Below are positions 58,508-62,137 of a DNA stretch of 62,137 bases, in pieces. The translations under genes and the position numbers were made by a program. The stretch is from positions 1 through 62,137 of the forward strand of contig CAMDJN010000001.1 in NCBI GenBank assembly GCA_945900795.1, in the 5' to 3' direction. How positions within the stretch are numbered: the first letter of the stretch is position 1; each line of letters begins with the position of its first letter. The stretch comes from Rickettsia typhi (GTDB lineage Bacteria; Pseudomonadota; Alphaproteobacteria; Rickettsiales; UBA1997). The notes below the pieces were generated by a model. That model had not been told where the DNA came from and did no database searches. It worked only from the letters and a program-made list of their open reading frames with translations.

Positions 58508-58659
58508 CCTAAGGGAACCTCTAAAAATTAGATTTTTTTTTAGAAATTTTTAGGCAACAAATTTTCGAGCAGGTAAGCGTACTTAGAGGTATGTGCTCGC
58601 GAGAAAATTTGGTAACGACAAAATTTACAAAAAAAGCAATTTTTAGAGGTTCCCTTAGG
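58508..58659. mobile_element. Family A MITE, copy A2 (subfamily 1, best preserved)
   Basis: It has perfect 22-nt terminal inverted repeats, cctaagggaacctctaaaaatt ... aatttttagaggttcccttagg, and the whole element is an imperfect long palindrome. Confidence 0.85.
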
Positions 58660-58707
58660 TTTTGTGCAGTTGGCGAGTGTGGAAAAAGGGAGTCGGATTA
58701 TTTTATT

Positions 58708-58793
58708 GCGGTCGTGGCGGAACGGTATACGCGCAACGTTGAGGTCGTTGTGGGGTAAAACCCGTGGAAGTTCAAATCTTCTCGACCGCACCA
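58708..58793 (+). tRNA. tRNA-Leu (anticodon GAG), class II with a long variable arm; CCA is encoded
   Basis: Hand-folded. The acceptor stem is gcggtcg/cgaccgc. The anticodon stem is caacg/cgttg with loop ttGAGgt. The variable arm is ggggtaaaaccc, and the T arm is ggaag-ttcaaat-cttct. Confidence 0.9.
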
Positions 58794-58823
58794 AATTTAT
58801 CCTTCATTAATCATTAACAAAGT

Positions 58824-59132
58824 ATGCCAGAAAATACGGAGAAAGTCTTAGAAAAAACCATGAATGCTGCTGGTGTAACTCCTCCTGTAAGTTCATATTC
58901 AACTAGGGAGTTAGGAGAGGTAAACTTGGGAGCGACGGGTTTAAATCATCCTGTACGTTCATATTCACGTACTGTGTTACAAGAGGCGCAAGAGGTAAGA
59001 GGTGCAGACTTGACGGCGACCCGTGGCGTGAATCCTCCCAGAAATTCTGAATCTCATGTTGACGAATCTTTTGCAGCTAAGATACTAAAAGAAAGGAAAG
59101 TCGCTAGTGCAAGTAATAGGGGAAGAAACTAA
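58824..59132 (+). CDS. Hypothetical protein with an internal repeat
   Basis: 102-aa ORF. The units GVTPPVSSYSTRELGEV / LNHPVRSYSRTVLQEA / GVNPPRNSES are visible at DNA level too (cctcctgtaagttcatattcaact vs catcctgtacgttcatattcacgt). Confidence 0.4.
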   Translation: MPENTEKVLEKTMNAAGVTPPVSSYSTRELGEVNLGATGLNHPVRSYSRTVLQEAQEVRGADLTATRGVNPPRNSESHVDESFAAKILKERKVASASNRGRN

Positions 59133-59140
59133 GGACCGCG

Positions 59141-59578
59141 GTGCTTAGTGAGTATTATTTAGATTTTATTGCAGACCTAATAAATCCATTTCTTGCAGTT
59201 TTTGTAGTCGTAATTTCCATCGTGAAGTTGCGTAAGAAAGAAATCGCCACCAACTTTTTTTGGATATTTATTTTTAAGACATCGCTTTTAGTTGCGATGG
59301 CTTACGGCGCTTCCTGTCTAGATCGTAGTTTAAACTTGTATGGTAAAGTAGGATTAGACTTTAGTGGACATGGCGCAATCGCTATTTCTTTGTTTGTCTC
59401 TTTTTGCGCTTTGTATCTACAAAAAACAATTTTAATCCTCCTGTTCTCGCTGTTAATTTTTTATGCCATGTTGATGATTTATCTAAATTATCATTCTTTG
59501 ATAGATATCGTCACAACCACTGCGGTAATGGTTCCAATCGCATACATTACTCATTTTAAATTCCTTCGCAAACCATGA
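59141..59578 (+). CDS. Hypothetical membrane protein with weak PAP2-like motifs
   Basis: 145 aa, 4-5 TM segments. FSGHG and YHSLIDIV loosely resemble the PAP2 C2/C3 motifs. It has a GTG start, and its stop overlaps the pntAA ATG. Confidence 0.4.
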   Translation: MLSEYYLDFIADLINPFLAVFVVVISIVKLRKKEIATNFFWIFIFKTSLLVAMAYGASCLDRSLNLYGKVGLDFSGHGAIAISLFVSFCALYLQKTILILLFSLLIFYAMLMIYLNYHSLIDIVTTTAVMVPIAYITHFKFLRKP

Positions 59579-60690
59579 AACTTCTCGTTCTCAAAGAAAA
59601 TTATTCCAGTGAAAATCGTGTCGCGCTTACTCCTGACTTGGTTTTAAAATATCAAAAATTTGGTGTAGAAATTTTTGTGGAAACGAAAGCCGGAGAAAAA
59701 TCTTCAATTTCAGATGCTGATTTTGAGAAAGTCGGAGCAAAAATTATTTCTGATATCGCAAAAATTTTACCTGAAATTGATGTCATTATTTCGGTGCAAA
59801 GAACCGAGATTGATTTCTCTAAAATCAAACCTGGCGCTGTTTTTATCGCCCTTCTCAATCCTTATTTTCAAAAAGAAAAAATTGTTGAGATTGCTAAAAG
59901 TGGAGTTTCTGCCTTTGCGCTTGATCTTCTTCCACGTATCACCCGTGCGCAAAGTATGGACGCTCTTTCATCTCAAAGTAATTTGGCTGGATATGTGTCG
60001 GTACTGGTTGCAACCAATCACATGTCAAAATGTATTCCTATGATGATGACCGCCGCCGGCACGATTTCTGCAGCAAAATTTTTGATTCTTGGTGCCGGAG
60101 TTGCTGGGCTACAGGCGATTGCAACTGCTAAAAGATTGGGTGGGATTGTCTCCGCTTTTGATGTTAGAGCGGTTGCGAAAGAACAGGTGCAAAGCTTGGG
60201 GGCAAAATTTATTGAAGTGAAGTCGGATGAAAAAGTGGACGGAGTTTATGCTAAAGAAATGAGCGAAGACTACAAGCAGAAGCAAAATCAGCTTCTAATA
60301 GATACGATAAAGAATCAGGATGTTGTTATTGCAACTGCGCTGATTCCTGGAAAAAAAGCGCCAACTCTGATCTCGGAAGAGATGGTGATGATGATGAAAC
60401 CTGGATCGGTGATTGTTGATTTGGCTGCAGTCAATGGTGGAAACTGTGCTTTAACCAGGAAAGGGGAAGTAATTGAAATCGCAAATGGTGTAAAAATTAT
60501 TGGTTACGATAATTTTCCAAGCCTTGTTGCGTCTGACGCTAGCAAGTTGTTTGCTAAAAATATTTTTAACTTTCTTGAACTTTTGATTGATAAAAATTCC
60601 AACTTACTCGCCATTGATCGTGATGACGAAATAGTCAAAGCAACCTTAATTTCTCATCAGAAAGAATTGTTAATTTTAGAGTCCGCCTAA
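59575..60690 (+). CDS. pntAA: NAD(P) transhydrogenase subunit alpha, part 1
   Basis: 371 aa. It has RVALTPDLV, the alanine-dehydrogenase/PNT N- and C-domains, and ILGAGVAGLQAIATAKRLG. Confidence 0.9.
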   Translation: MKLLVLKENYSSENRVALTPDLVLKYQKFGVEIFVETKAGEKSSISDADFEKVGAKIISDIAKILPEIDVIISVQRTEIDFSKIKPGAVFIALLNPYFQKEKIVEIAKSGVSAFALDLLPRITRAQSMDALSSQSNLAGYVSVLVATNHMSKCIPMMMTAAGTISAAKFLILGAGVAGLQAIATAKRLGGIVSAFDVRAVAKEQVQSLGAKFIEVKSDEKVDGVYAKEMSEDYKQKQNQLLIDTIKNQDVVIATALIPGKKAPTLISEEMVMMMKPGSVIVDLAAVNGGNCALTRKGEVIEIANGVKIIGYDNFPSLVASDASKLFAKNIFNFLELLIDKNSNLLAIDRDDEIVKATLISHQKELLILESA

Positions 60691-60756
60691 GACTGGTTAA
60701 CATGCTTTAGTTGATTTCTACAAACCATTTTTTAGATTTTTGGTGGAGCGCTTTTG

Positions 60757-60907
60757 TTAAGGAACCTCTGAAAAACCTGGATTTTTCGAGGCATTTTTAG
60801 GAAGATCAGTTTGCGAGCAGGTAAGCGTACTTAGAGGTACGTGCTCGCGAGCAAATTGGTCTGACGACAAAATTACCGAAAAAAATGGTTTTTCAGAGGT
60901 TCCTTAA
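60757..60907. mobile_element. Family A MITE, copy A4 (subfamily 2, best preserved)
   Basis: It has perfect 21-nt terminal inverted repeats: ttaaggaacctctgaaaaacc ... ggtttttcagaggttccttaa. Confidence 0.85.
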
Positions 60908-60955
60908 ATTACTTCCCGCCTCAATCTTGCATATTCAACCTTAAAAATAAGTAAC

Positions 60956-61165
60956 ATGGGTACTAAGAATAATCCAAAAAATCGTGTAAAAAGCGTTGAA
61001 AAGAAAAAGCATAATGGCAAAGAGATTGAACCGGTTTACTACTACGGAGTTCATGCCGGACATGGTAAATATATGGCTGCAAAATATGTTGGAACAACAA
61101 CTGGTTTAGTCGTTGATGATTCAGGCAGGCCTCTTAATTGGGATCAAGTTGTTTCTGCGAATTAA
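60956..61165 (+). CDS. Hypothetical small protein
   Basis: 69-aa ORF whose stop overlaps the next gene's ATG (TAATG). I recognise no motif. Confidence 0.4.
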   Translation: MGTKNNPKNRVKSVEKKKHNGKEIEPVYYYGVHAGHGKYMAAKYVGTTTGLVVDDSGRPLNWDQVVSAN

Positions 61166-61929
61166 TGCCGGAAGTTATTATAAACGGTTCAGCTGGAAGG
61201 ATTGAGGGTCGTTACCATCAAAATACAAGTCCGAAAGCTCCTGTTGCTTTAGTCCTGCATCCTCACCCGCTTCATGGGGGTACGATGAATAACAAGATTG
61301 TTTACAATCTGTACAAATCATTTGTTGATAATGGTTTTTCTGTTTTGCGTATCAATTTTCGTGGAGTTGGAAAATCGCAGGGTAAGTTTGATAATGGTTT
61401 TGGTGAGTTGCTAGACGTGACATCAGTTATGAACTGGCTTCATGATCAAAATATGGAAGCTTCGGAATATTGGATTTCTGGTTTTTCTTTTGGCGCATGG
61501 ATTGCTTTACAAACGGTGATGAGAAGACCGGAATTAGAGAATTATATTCTTGTCGCTCCTCCTGTAACGAAATATGATTTTAATTTCATCGTGCCCTGCA
61601 CCTCTGCTGGTCTTGTTATACAGGGTGGAAAAGATGATGTTACAAAAGAGTCCGACTCTGCAAAGTTAGTAGAAAAATTATCAGCAAGAGAGGGTGCGGA
61701 TGTTGTGTATCAGTTAGTTCATGGAGCTGATCACTTTTTTAAAGATCACCTGAAAGAGTTTGTATCGATTGTTGATAATCATATCAAACACCGCATGGTT
61801 GTTGACTCCACCAAAGTCAGAAAAGTTAAACGCGATAGAAGAAGGCGTAGAAAAAAGAAAAATGCTTCCGACATCAAGCCGGAAAGAAATTATTTTCCCG
61901 TCAAAGCGCTTCCGTCTTTCGAGGGTTGA
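61165..61929 (+). CDS. Alpha/beta hydrolase (conserved alphaproteobacterial family) with a polybasic C-terminal tail
   Basis: It has MPEVIINGSAGRIEGRYH, LHPHPLHGGTMNNK, the nucleophile-elbow context GFSFGAW and ADHFF. The extra tail is KVRKVKRDRRRRRKKKN... Confidence 0.8.
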   Translation: MPEVIINGSAGRIEGRYHQNTSPKAPVALVLHPHPLHGGTMNNKIVYNLYKSFVDNGFSVLRINFRGVGKSQGKFDNGFGELLDVTSVMNWLHDQNMEASEYWISGFSFGAWIALQTVMRRPELENYILVAPPVTKYDFNFIVPCTSAGLVIQGGKDDVTKESDSAKLVEKLSAREGADVVYQLVHGADHFFKDHLKEFVSIVDNHIKHRMVVDSTKVRKVKRDRRRRRKKKNASDIKPERNYFPVKALPSFEG

Positions 61930-62001
61930 TCCCATTTCTTCTCCAATTTTGGAGAGATTGCTTATGAAGCAAGCGGGCGGGTCGTGTTAAACAATAATCT
62001 C

Positions 62002-62137
62002 ATGTTTCGCAAAATATCCAACATCGTTTTTTTTATTGTATTGGTTTTGGCGAATGGTAATGTTTGTAATGCAGCAAACCAGCCTTCATCAGAACCTTTC
62101 CTGATTAAAAAAAAATCCGAAAATTCTAGTTCAAAAC
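62002..62137 (+). CDS. 5' end of a secreted protein gene (partial, runs off the window)
   Basis: MFRKISNIVFFIVLVLANGNVCNAANQPSS... is a signal-peptide-like N-terminus. The frame is still open at the window end. Confidence 0.35.
   Translation, partial: MFRKISNIVFFIVLVLANGNVCNAANQPSSEPFLIKKKSENSSSK

Noticed and set aside
58540-58794. 84-aa minus-strand ORF
   Set aside because: It is composed entirely of MITE A2 and the antisense of tRNA-Leu, so it is not a gene.
59675-60043. 122-aa alternative-frame ORF within pntAA. Similar internal or antisense ORFs occur in gdh (54078-54401, 56375-56679, 56976-57284), the yhdP-like gene, dnaB, eno, lpdA, thiD, lpoA and others
   Set aside because: All are nested within long ORFs that have clear family motifs. 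In AT-rich DNA with biased codon use such shadow ORFs arise readily.

Overview
This is an AT-rich bacterial chromosome segment. Gene content and local gene order (pdhA/pdhB, dnaG-rpoD, ftsQ-ddl, probable ffs-dnaX, lpoA<>rsmI-yraN, a 1614-aa NAD-glutamate dehydrogenase, pntAA, virB11, lpxD, waaA) suggest an alphaproteobacterium with an intracellular, Rickettsiales/Holosporales-like lifestyle. That taxonomic placement is inference from gene content only. I can support about 55 protein genes, RNase P RNA, a probable SRP (4.5S) RNA and tRNA-Leu(GAG). I found no rRNA and no CRISPR array.

The backbone is housekeeping, but several other things are layered on it:
- A modular palindromic MITE-like family (family A) has 6 full copies plus fragments. 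Its terminal inverted repeats are perfect over 21-22 nt in the best copies.
- A second composite hairpin repeat family (family B) has 2 full copies plus partial or degenerate ones.
- A GC-rich double-hairpin element sits in frame inside enolase.
- There are decayed genes (DUF2798-like, ygiD-like, pirin) and insertion-sequence relics.
- Several orphan ORFs carry host-interaction hallmarks: a C-terminal CaaX box, an Inc-like bilobed hydrophobic domain and an NLS-like basic tail.

The best candidate for something undescribed is a 2.1-kb insertion that splits the normally adjacent pdhA and pdhB.
- It is a head-to-tail duplicated cassette with conserved ends and unrelated centres.
- It leaves a decoy copy of the pdhB start.
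- It carries G9 and G8 homopolymer tracts at positions where slippage would switch expression, or switch a shared C-terminal tail, on and off.

All family assignments come from reading the translations and from remembered motifs. No database search was run.
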